A stretch of 64,000 nt of DNA from Rubripirellula sp. GTDB lineage: Bacteria > Planctomycetota > Planctomycetia > Pirellulales > Pirellulaceae. The first letter of the stretch is position 1, and each line of letters opens with the position of its first letter. The notes beneath the pieces are model-generated. The model made no database searches. It was not told the origin of the DNA and was given only the letters and a program-made list of their open reading frames with translations. Positions 56,058-64,000 of this stretch are shown one piece after another. The stretch lies in NCBI GenBank assembly GCA_965216875.1, contig OZ244207.1, positions 6,944,001-7,008,000 on the forward strand, written 5' to 3'. Position numbers and translations under genes: made by a program.

Positions 56058-58682
56058 ATGCTCATCGATGTGCCAAGGACTGCAAATTTTCGAAGTGTGC
56101 TCGCGATCGTTCTGGTCGCTGCCTTTTGCTGCGCTCGTTTTCCAAACTTAGGGGCTCAAGAACTTGACGAAGAGCGAATCGCTTTTGAGCAGGATGGCGA
56201 AGAAGAGGAGGATGGCGAACCGCTTCGCGAACTTCAGTTTCGGATCGAAAAAGCAAAACGCGAGGCAGGTGTCCTGAAGCGGATGTCGGCCAACAACGAG
56301 CTGCGTCAATCGATCATGCAAAAGGTGCGACGCTTGCATCGCTCGATGCGTGAGGGCGAAGAACGTATCGAGCGAGCAGAAGAACGTGACGATGAGGTCG
56401 AGGTTCAGCGCATTGTCGAGAGCCTGCAGCGGGTCGAAGTGGATCTCGAGCAATCGCACTACCTTCTCGACTTGCGATCGGAAGAGTCCGAGCTGCTTGG
56501 AGTCATGTTTGACCTCAATCGTGACGAGGTCCACGAGCACATCGAGCCTCTTGAGGAACTCTTGAAGCTCTTGCATAAACGCATCTCACTTGTGCCCAAG
56601 ATCTTTGACGCCTATCGCAACGATGATGAACAGCGTGGCATCGAACTCGAAGGCGATATGGAATTTTTGACAGGTGAGTTTGAGTTGTTGGGCGAAATTG
56701 CGGCGCTCAAACGTGAACTGCATTGGATGCGTGAGGAAGGCGAGACCGACGAAGCCGAGGAAGTGGAACGCGAGCTCAGGGCACTTCAGCGAGAGCTGCG
56801 ACTACTGCGTGATGAGCCGAACGAACCGGAAGAGAATGAGCAGGTCCTCAGGAACAACCCGCTCGCTCAACCTGTCGCTCTGACAAAGCAAGAAGTCAAC
56901 GCGTTCTCGAGAGCGGACTTCGCCAGCCAAGTGCTTCCGACGCTCCGTAGCGCTTGTTTCGACTGCCACAGCGAGGCTGAAGCGGCCGGAGATCTGAATC
57001 TTGAATCGCTTGTGGCCGTCGAGCCGTTGGTTGCGGGACGTAAGGAATGGATCAATGTCATCGAACAACTCAAGAACCGCTCGATGCCGCCGTCCGATCA
57101 TGATCAACCCAGCGAGGAAGATCGCCGTTTGTTGGTCGGTTGGTTGACGCATGCGATCATCGATTTTGACTACAGCCAGGTACAGCACGTTGGCTTCGAG
57201 CCTGCGCGGCGTCTAACGCACGACGAGTACAACCATACGGTGAGCGATCTGTTTGGCATCGTGATGCGGCCCGCGGATCGATTTCCGGAGGACATGACGG
57301 CCAGCAGCGGTTTTGACAACAGTTCGAACAGTTTGTTTTTGCAACCTTTGTTGATGGAACGCTATGCAAACGCAGCGACGCGAATTGCGGATGCGGTGGT
57401 AGGTGATCCATCCTTTCTCGCCCGCTGGCGGCGAAGTGGCAAAGGCGACGCAAAGAATGCGCTGGCCAAGCTGATGTCTCGAGCGTACCGTCGAAAAGTA
57501 ACGTCGGAAGAACTGACGGCGATGTTGGCACGCTACGAACATACGCTTGCATCTGCGGATGAAGCGACTGCCCTCCGTGACGTGATTGAGATTCTGTTGG
57601 TTTCGCCCAACTTCTTGATTCGTACCGAGCGAGTGGGACACCCGTCCGAGCCGTTTTCTGTGACCGACATCGAACTTGCGAGTCGACTTTCCTATTTCCT
57701 TTGGGCGTCAATGCCGGACGATCGTTTGTATCGGCTTGGCGTTGACGGCACTCTTTCGAAGCCAGACGTCCTGGCTGCCGAAATCGATCGGATGCTGGAC
57801 GATCGACGTAGCCGATCCCTGGGAGAGCTTTTTGCATCACAGTGGCTCGGATTTGCCGACCTTGGTCGTCTGCGGCCTGATCAAATCGACAACCCCTGGG
57901 CGACGGATGCGCTGATCGAAGCGATGCACGACGAGTCGTCACTCTTCTTTTCGTCACTTGTCGAAGAGGACGCTTCGATTGAGCAGTTGGTCGATGCGAA
58001 GTACACGTTCCTGAACGAAGAACTTGCGCGGCACTACGGAATCGACGGCATCTCGGGGAAGCGAATGCGGCGCGTGGATGTCGAATTGCCGCGCGGCGGA
58101 TTGTTTGGTCAGGGGAGCCTCTTGGCGATCACTTCGTTTCCAGGCCGAACCAGTCCCGTGCTCCGGGGCAACTGGGTGCTTTCCGAGTTGCTCGGAACAC
58201 CGCCACCACCGCCGCCGCCAAACGTAAGTGAATTTGACGAAGCGATCAGTGAGAGCCGCAGGTTGAGTCAGAAACAGAAGTTGGAAATGCATCGCCGCAA
58301 TCCAAACTGCTATGCCTGCCACAGCCAGATTGATCCATTGGGATTCAGTCTGTCTAAGTTCGATTGGTTTGGACGGTATCGTCCGCGCGATCGAGGCCGC
58401 GAGGTTGATGACACCGGACAATTCCCCGACGGGACGACGCTCAAGGGGATTGAAGGCCTGCGCAAGGCCATTGCCCAGGAACGTATCGATGACCTTACGA
58501 TTCAAATGGTTCGCAAGATGTTGTCGTATGCGCTCGGACGACAACTCGAATACTACGATGAAGCGTCGGTCGCACAAATTGTCGCCAAGACCAATGAAGA
58601 CGATCGCAAGATTCGCACCATGATCCGCGAGATCGTCCTCAGTGACACGTTTCAAATGAAACAAACACAACCTGCAAAGTGA
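56058..58682 (+). CDS. DUF1592/PSD-domain planctomycete cytochrome c protein with acidic coiled-coil N-terminus
   Basis: CFDCH, MPP, RRLT..EY.HTV.DLFG, SPNFL.R.E, ELASRLSYFLW.SMPD, TSPVLRGNW, CYACH, YALGR. Confidence 0.92.
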   Translation: MLIDVPRTANFRSVLAIVLVAAFCCARFPNLGAQELDEERIAFEQDGEEEEDGEPLRELQFRIEKAKREAGVLKRMSANNELRQSIMQKVRRLHRSMREGEERIERAEERDDEVEVQRIVESLQRVEVDLEQSHYLLDLRSEESELLGVMFDLNRDEVHEHIEPLEELLKLLHKRISLVPKIFDAYRNDDEQRGIELEGDMEFLTGEFELLGEIAALKRELHWMREEGETDEAEEVERELRALQRELRLLRDEPNEPEENEQVLRNNPLAQPVALTKQEVNAFSRADFASQVLPTLRSACFDCHSEAEAAGDLNLESLVAVEPLVAGRKEWINVIEQLKNRSMPPSDHDQPSEEDRRLLVGWLTHAIIDFDYSQVQHVGFEPARRLTHDEYNHTVSDLFGIVMRPADRFPEDMTASSGFDNSSNSLFLQPLLMERYANAATRIADAVVGDPSFLARWRRSGKGDAKNALAKLMSRAYRRKVTSEELTAMLARYEHTLASADEATALRDVIEILLVSPNFLIRTERVGHPSEPFSVTDIELASRLSYFLWASMPDDRLYRLGVDGTLSKPDVLAAEIDRMLDDRRSRSLGELFASQWLGFADLGRLRPDQIDNPWATDALIEAMHDESSLFFSSLVEEDASIEQLVDAKYTFLNEELARHYGIDGISGKRMRRVDVELPRGGLFGQGSLLAITSFPGRTSPVLRGNWVLSELLGTPPPPPPPNVSEFDEAISESRRLSQKQKLEMHRRNPNCYACHSQIDPLGFSLSKFDWFGRYRPRDRGREVDDTGQFPDGTTLKGIEGLRKAIAQERIDDLTIQMVRKMLSYALGRQLEYYDEASVAQIVAKTNEDDRKIRTMIREIVLSDTFQMKQTQPAK

Positions 58683-58687
58683 CTCTC

Positions 58688-60037
58688 ATGCCCAAGCATT
58701 GGCAAATCTCTCGTCGCACCGTCTTGCGAGGCCTCGCGGTCGCTGCGCCGCTTCCACTTCTGGAGGTCATGTCACCCTCGAAAGGCACGGCCGCGGACGA
58801 CTCGGATGCACGCACCGTCAGGATGGCCTATCTGTACATTCCCAACGGTGTTGCCGAAGGGGCGTGGCAGCCGAAACAAGTCGACAGCAAAGGCCGTTTG
58901 CAGCAATTGAACCCTTGGATGTCGGATCTTGAACGCTTTCGCGGACAGATCAACATCTTTCGGAATATGTGGACGCCACGTGGCAACGGGCACGGCGCAG
59001 GTACGGCGACTTGGTTGACCGGGGGTGCGTTTCATGGCGAGCGGATTGATGCGGGCGGGCCTTCGGCCGATCAGATCGCCGCCAAGCATTTGGCGAGAGA
59101 AACTCTTTTGCCATCGCTCGAGTTATCGGCACGCGGCGAAGGGATTTTCACGAGCAGTTTGTCGAGAAACGCGATTTCATGGCGAGATCGAATGACGCCG
59201 GTTGCCCGCGATGTCGAGCCACGAGCGGTTTTTGATCGGATGTTTCGTGTTGGCGATGGCGGGCTAAGCAGCAAGCGAGTGGTCGACCTCGTTCTCGACG
59301 ATGCACGTCGCATGCGCAATCGAGTTAGCGATCAAGACAGACGCAAGATTGACGAATACCTCGAGTCGATTGCTGCGGTCGAGCGACGCATCGAGTTTGC
59401 GGGGCGCCAACGCGCACTGGCTAACCAAAACCCCAGGCTTAAACAGGCGATGGTGCGTCCAGGAGAAGGCATTCCCGAGGATCATCAACTCTACATGCAA
59501 ACGATGATCGACATGATGGTTCTTGCCTTTTGGTCGGACGCAACAAGGGTTGCCACTTTCATGATGGATCATGGACAAAGCAATCGTTACTTTGACTTTA
59601 TCGATGGCGTGAAAGGGACATGGCACGCACTTTCACACTGGCAAGACATTTCGGGAAAGACCGAAGACGACGATGGCAAAACATCGTGGTCCTCGCGAGA
59701 CGAAAAACGCGGGATGTACAACCGCGTGACGAAGTGGCACACCAAGCAAGTCGCCTACTTTCTGGATCGATTGTCGTCGATCGAAGAACCAACCGGATCG
59801 CTGCTCGATAACAGCATGGTTGTCTACGGATCAAGCCTTGCCGATGGGCACCAACATTCCGAAGAGAACCTGCCGCTTCTGTTGGCTGGTGGCGGTGGCG
59901 GAACGATTGTTGGCGGACGGTTGCGATCGTCGAAGGGCGCTGCGTCGATGTCCGGTTTGCATCTGGCAATGCTCCGCCGGATGGGTGTGCCGGCGGCACA
60001 GTTCGCCGAAAGCGATTCGCCCGTTTCGCTCGATTGA
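58688..60037 (+). CDS. DUF1552 (HXXSHH) protein
   Basis: ISRRTVLRG...LPLLE.M, YIPNG, SADQ, SLEL, DEYL.S...VERRI, WHALSH, LLDNS...YGS..ADG..H. Confidence 0.92.
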   Translation: MPKHWQISRRTVLRGLAVAAPLPLLEVMSPSKGTAADDSDARTVRMAYLYIPNGVAEGAWQPKQVDSKGRLQQLNPWMSDLERFRGQINIFRNMWTPRGNGHGAGTATWLTGGAFHGERIDAGGPSADQIAAKHLARETLLPSLELSARGEGIFTSSLSRNAISWRDRMTPVARDVEPRAVFDRMFRVGDGGLSSKRVVDLVLDDARRMRNRVSDQDRRKIDEYLESIAAVERRIEFAGRQRALANQNPRLKQAMVRPGEGIPEDHQLYMQTMIDMMVLAFWSDATRVATFMMDHGQSNRYFDFIDGVKGTWHALSHWQDISGKTEDDDGKTSWSSRDEKRGMYNRVTKWHTKQVAYFLDRLSSIEEPTGSLLDNSMVVYGSSLADGHQHSEENLPLLLAGGGGGTIVGGRLRSSKGAASMSGLHLAMLRRMGVPAAQFAESDSPVSLD

Positions 60038-60042
60038 TCGGA

Positions 60043-61422
60043 CTACTTCTTTTTCTTTTTCGGTTGCGAGTGTGGCGGTAGGTTCGTTTCGGGCAACCAT
60101 TGCTTCAAGCCTTCGATGGTGTCGAAGTAGTTCGCATCGCCAGCGAGGTTTTTCCACTCATAGGGATCGGCGATCTCGTCATACAGCTCTTCACTTCCGT
60201 CGGCGTAGCGAATGTAGCGGTACTTTTTGCTGCGAATCGCGTGTCGCATGTAGCCGTGTGTGGTGATCGCAGGGCGTGTCCATTTGGTGTCCGGGTTACG
60301 AAGCAACTTTGCGATGCTGACGCCGTCGCAGTGTTCCGGAGTCGGCAATCCAGTCAGTTCACAAAGTGTCGGGTAGATGCTCATGAAGTCGACCGTTGCG
60401 TCACAGATGACACTCTTGCGTGTGACGCCGGGCGCGACCCACAGCAGCGGTGCTCGCGTTGCTTCTTCCCAAAGTGCAAATTTTCGCCAGTGTTGCTTTT
60501 CGCCAAGATGCCAGCCGTGGTCACCCCACAAGACGATGATCGTGTTGTCGCGATGGGCTGATGATTCCAGTGCATCGAGCAGGCGTCCGAGTTGGCCATC
60601 GGCATAAGTGACGCTCGCCAAGTAGGCCTGGACCGCTTCTTTCCACGCACCCGCCTCGGTGAGGTTTTTGTGATCGCCGTTTGGTTTGGCGGTCTTAACG
60701 CCCTCGGCCGGAATGTCATCGAGGTCGCCTTCGGTGTGTGGTGGCAATTCGATTTCATCAAGCGGGTGCATGTCAAAGTATTTTTTGGGAACCGACCAAG
60801 GCATGTGGGGGCGAAAGATCCCGCACGCCAGAAAGAAGGGCTTGTCGTGAGATTCCCCCAATCGATCGATGCAATACGAGACGGTTTGGTAGTCAGCGAC
60901 CGCGTCGTCGTCTCCCTTGAGCTGTGCCCAGCGGATACCGCCAATGTCTTTGTTGACGTAGGCGCCTTTGCTGTTCGTCTTTTTGCGTTTCGCGTAGTCG
61001 TCCCATTCGTCACGGCGACCGAACGAACCGTGATAGATCTTGCCGGCGCCCATCACACGGTAGCCGTTGGCGCGGAAGTGTGAATTGAGTGTTTGGTCGC
61101 TGCGAATGTGAGGGCGATAGTCGTCGGGGTTGTGATAAACGCCCGTTGTTGACGGTCGCATGCCACCCATCAATGCGGCCCGCGAGGGATTGCATGCCGG
61201 CGCGGCACAATAGGCATGCGAAAAACTGACGCCCATGCCCGCCAACCGATCCAAGTGTGGAGTGATGGTTTGTTTGTTTCGCTCAAGATGGCCAATCCAA
61301 TGATTCAGATCATCAACGGCAATGAACAGGACGTTTGGACGAGTGTCCGTTTTTGCATCTTGGGCAAACAAGTGTGGTGTTGCAACCAACACAAACAGCG
61401 CGGCAACAAAGTGGCGGGGCAT
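60043..61422 (-). CDS. Sulfatase (S1 family, choline/iduronate-sulfatase-like)
   Basis: NVLFIAVDDL, CNPSR formylglycine motif, GKIYH, RPHMPW, GDHGWHLGEK. Confidence 0.95.
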   Translation of the reverse strand: MPRHFVAALFVLVATPHLFAQDAKTDTRPNVLFIAVDDLNHWIGHLERNKQTITPHLDRLAGMGVSFSHAYCAAPACNPSRAALMGGMRPSTTGVYHNPDDYRPHIRSDQTLNSHFRANGYRVMGAGKIYHGSFGRRDEWDDYAKRKKTNSKGAYVNKDIGGIRWAQLKGDDDAVADYQTVSYCIDRLGESHDKPFFLACGIFRPHMPWSVPKKYFDMHPLDEIELPPHTEGDLDDIPAEGVKTAKPNGDHKNLTEAGAWKEAVQAYLASVTYADGQLGRLLDALESSAHRDNTIIVLWGDHGWHLGEKQHWRKFALWEEATRAPLLWVAPGVTRKSVICDATVDFMSIYPTLCELTGLPTPEHCDGVSIAKLLRNPDTKWTRPAITTHGYMRHAIRSKKYRYIRYADGSEELYDEIADPYEWKNLAGDANYFDTIEGLKQWLPETNLPPHSQPKKKKK

Positions 61423-61510
61423 CGTAGCTCTCGTGAGTGGGCACGCCGATCGGCACGCCTGGGAGGTGATGTGGTGGCAGCGACTCGCATGCAGAGCCGT
61501 CTGAAATCAC

Positions 61511-62497
61511 CTATCGTAACTCGTCCGAGTCGATCGTGGGTGGCAACTGCTGAAGTGAAGAAGAGTCGCCGATTGGAACGCTGTTGATGGGATCCTCGAT
61601 GATCGCATCGTTGATGAGCGGGCGAATGCTTTGCGGCCCTGTGTTGGTTGATTCGGGCGGCGGAATGGGCAACGTTTCCGCATCGCCAGGATCCTGCTGC
61701 GGTGGTTGTAATTCGCCGGGATTGGCGGGGATGCCGGGATTGGCAGGGACTTCGGTTCTCTTGAAACTCCCCGTCGCGGAACCTTCGATCGGCGTCAGTT
61801 CGATGATGCTGTTTCGCAGTTGAGTTTCCGCATCCTCTTCTTGATTCTCTTTGTCGCGAGCATTGAACTCGGGTGGATCGGGTCCGCGGTCAAGCGTTGG
61901 GTTCAAGTTCAACGCAAGTTGGCGATCAGCCCATCGCCGCCAATCATCACGGGTTTCGATCAGAATCAAGTCTTGAAGTTGAGTGACGAGAGTTGGATCG
62001 TTTTCGCCAAGTCGGATCCGCAGCCGAACGAGGTTGCCCAAGAAGCTTGGGTTGGCCGGATCCATCTCTACGGCTTGGGAGTAGAGGTCGAGTGCTTCGA
62101 AGGATCGCCCCGCCGATTCAAGCGTGAGCGCCATGTTGTAGTAGACCGCCGGATCTTGTGGCATCAGATCCATAGCTTGCTCGAAAGCGAGCGCTGCTTG
62201 ATAGAGATTGCCTTCTTCAAAGTGCAGCAAGCCAAGATTGTTGTGTGCCGGACCGTAGGTGGAATCGGCATGGACCGCTGCCATGAACTTGTCCGTTGCC
62301 CCTTCGATGTTTCCGTGATGCAGCGCTTTGACACCTTTCAGGGTCAAACGTGCCGCCTCGGCAGGGTTTTGGCGAGTCTGGATGCGGATGATCGATTCGT
62401 TGGACCGCCGTAGCAGGGCGCAGCCGGGAGCGGTCACCAGTGCGATGGCGATCGCAAGGCAAAGTGGCAAGCTCGATAGAGTGCGTGCTCGCGTCAT
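61511..62497 (-). CDS. TPR lipoprotein (PilF/PilW pilotin-like)
   Basis: Lipobox APGC; AHNNLG, YYNMA, FLGNL TPRs; Pro-rich tail. Confidence 0.75.
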   Translation of the reverse strand: MTRARTLSSLPLCLAIAIALVTAPGCALLRRSNESIIRIQTRQNPAEAARLTLKGVKALHHGNIEGATDKFMAAVHADSTYGPAHNNLGLLHFEEGNLYQAALAFEQAMDLMPQDPAVYYNMALTLESAGRSFEALDLYSQAVEMDPANPSFLGNLVRLRIRLGENDPTLVTQLQDLILIETRDDWRRWADRQLALNLNPTLDRGPDPPEFNARDKENQEEDAETQLRNSIIELTPIEGSATGSFKRTEVPANPGIPANPGELQPPQQDPGDAETLPIPPPESTNTGPQSIRPLINDAIIEDPINSVPIGDSSSLQQLPPTIDSDELR

Positions 62498-62590
62498 CCG
62501 TGAAGCGTGGCAGGACTCGTTGAAATCTTTGGTTCCCAGACCGACCTGCGCACGAATTGCGCACTGGGGGCATATTGGGAGCGACAGTAG

Positions 62591-63133
62591 TTACCGGCTT
62601 TTCGGTGAAAAGATCATTTGGGTCAAGACCAACTGGCTTTCCCATTTTTCCTGCCTGCCCCCGGCGCCGCCATTTCTCGGTTCATTCAGCGTGATATCGC
62701 GAATGACCGTGCTCGTTTCTTCATCGTGCAGGGCAACGCAGAAGGCATAGATTTGCGGCAGCGACGCGGCGGAGAGGTCGATATCGGTCGAGCGGACTTC
62801 GAAATCGCTGCGCTCGATTCGTTTCGGCTCCTGCGGCTGAGTCTTCAAAAGGCTTGCTTGAGGTAGCCCCGCCTTCTGTCTGGCCAGGTCGACGCGGTTG
62901 GTGATTTCGGCGGGCGACTCAAGTTGCAGCGCGGCCACCTTGGGACCGGTTTGCAATCGCTTGATGTCGTCGAGTTTGCGTGAAACTTCGGCCAGATCAT
63001 CCTGGGCAAGTTGAAGCCGCTGGGCTGCCGACTGAGAGTCCATGACGCCGAGCACGGCATAGACGGCAAGCACACAGAGAGCGAGTCCGACAAGTCGACG
63101 TCTTCGTTTGGCATCGGCTGCAGAGGAACTCAT
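62591..63133 (-). CDS. Putative GspM/PilO-like bitopic membrane protein
   Basis: N-terminal TM, coiled coil, ferredoxin-like alpha/beta tail; coupled to the GspL-like gene. Confidence 0.55.
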   Translation of the reverse strand: MSSSAADAKRRRRLVGLALCVLAVYAVLGVMDSQSAAQRLQLAQDDLAEVSRKLDDIKRLQTGPKVAALQLESPAEITNRVDLARQKAGLPQASLLKTQPQEPKRIERSDFEVRSTDIDLSAASLPQIYAFCVALHDEETSTVIRDITLNEPRNGGAGGRQEKWESQLVLTQMIFSPKSR

Positions 63134-63999
63134 CGCGCCACCTCCGCATTTGCGTTGCTGCGAAGTGAAACGTTTGTCGTTGTCTCGGTACTCAAACCGA
63201 TCCAGGTTGCTTCGAGCACTGATTCGTAGGTACGAGCGTCTTTTTGAGTTGTCCCGGGCGGTTTGACCTCGAAACCAGAGCTGGCCAACGCGTCGGCCAT
63301 CGTTCCAGCATCGACCGGGTTTCGCACTTCGAGATCGACGTCGACTTGTCCATCATTGATTTGAATCCGTGTGATCCGGAATCGGACATCATTCGGCAGC
63401 GCCGCGAGCAGCGCTTGTAGCACGTCCGGTGCCGCAGTCGGCGCGTCGATGGTGGATGTTTCGGTACTCGATCCAAGGACCTTTGCATGTTCGCTACGCA
63501 CACGTCGCAAGATCGCACCGGGGACGCGAGCCTTCGGAAAGGCTTCTTCGAAAAGTTCGCGTTGTTGCGTTCGAAGGCCATCAATCTGACTTTCGATTCG
63601 CTTGGTACGCCACCAACTGCCGACCGCAACGGTAAGTAGCAAGATCGCTGCGGCCACGCCAACGCTGCGAAGCGGGGTTTGGATGGCGCGAAGCGGGTCG
63701 GTGGGGCCGAGTGCATCGCGGCGCAAGTTGAACCAACGCCCCGATTGTCCCAGCAACAGTCCTGCGCCGTCGACCGCGAGCGCCGCCGAATTGCCGCCCA
63801 TCATGACCGCCGAGGGATAGGTTGCGGCGATAAGTGCGCCCGATTGATCGTTTGTTCCTGCGACGACGACTTCGTCACTATTTTGGCCATCAAGCAACTT
63901 GTGACGCTCGAGCTTGGCTGCATCAAGATGGAAGTGTTTCCACTGGGCAACGGTGTTTTGTCGAAGGTCAATGGCGTCGCACTGGTCACCATCGACGAG
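63130..63999 (-). CDS. Putative GspL/PilN-like protein, 5'-truncated by window edge
   Basis: Frame is open to the window end; FNLRR..L preceding a TM helix, then LF...FP and LP.DV..RI..I.I periplasmic pattern. Confidence 0.6.
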   Translation of the reverse strand, partial: LVDGDQCDAIDLRQNTVAQWKHFHLDAAKLERHKLLDGQNSDEVVVAGTNDQSGALIAATYPSAVMMGGNSAALAVDGAGLLLGQSGRWFNLRRDALGPTDPLRAIQTPLRSVGVAAAILLLTVAVGSWWRTKRIESQIDGLRTQQRELFEEAFPKARVPGAILRRVRSEHAKVLGSSTETSTIDAPTAAPDVLQALLAALPNDVRFRITRIQINDGQVDVDLEVRNPVDAGTMADALASSGFEVKPPGTTQKDARTYESVLEATWIGLSTETTTNVSLRSNANAEVAR

Positions 64000-64000
64000 C

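Overview
The window looks like ordinary chromosomal DNA of a Planctomycete, probably Pirellulaceae-like. This is inferred from DUF1559 prepilins, DUF1592/DUF1552, FG-GAP/ASPIC lipoproteins, a Planctomycete-extracellular signal and a sulfatase. No rRNA, tRNA, CRISPR, transposase or phage genes were recognised. Main blocks: (1) 1-11.3 kb: Ser/Thr kinase, FHA protein, two DUF1559 prepilins, DUF1573, a zinc-ribbon/PilM-like fusion and a DUF1559-type lipoprotein. (2) 11.3-25.4 kb: a directly coupled glycosylation locus with a DPM1-like GT2/DUF2304 pair, GT2s, ABC flippase, methyl/pyruvyl-transferase fusion, GT8, NeuA-HAD fusion, short NeuB, two candidate nonulosonate transferases and a convergent TMTC-like GT-C. 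(3) 27.8-31.1 kb: an Rrf2-DinB-DUF1569-GT2-cysE operon with two matching operator-like sites, a candidate thiol/redox system. (4) 34.4-50.0 kb: four TPR/FG-GAP/ASPIC lipoproteins surrounding a small lipoprotein and two duplicated DUF1559 pilins. (5) 50-64 kb: a secreted protein with a PQQ sugar-dehydrogenase domain inserted inside a Calx-beta domain, ThuA, ankyrin, cyclase, DUF1592/DUF1552, sulfatase and the end of a T2SS/T4P-like operon. Three different REP-like palindromic elements are present. All family calls come from motif recognition by eye, with no database search. Start codons are best estimates.
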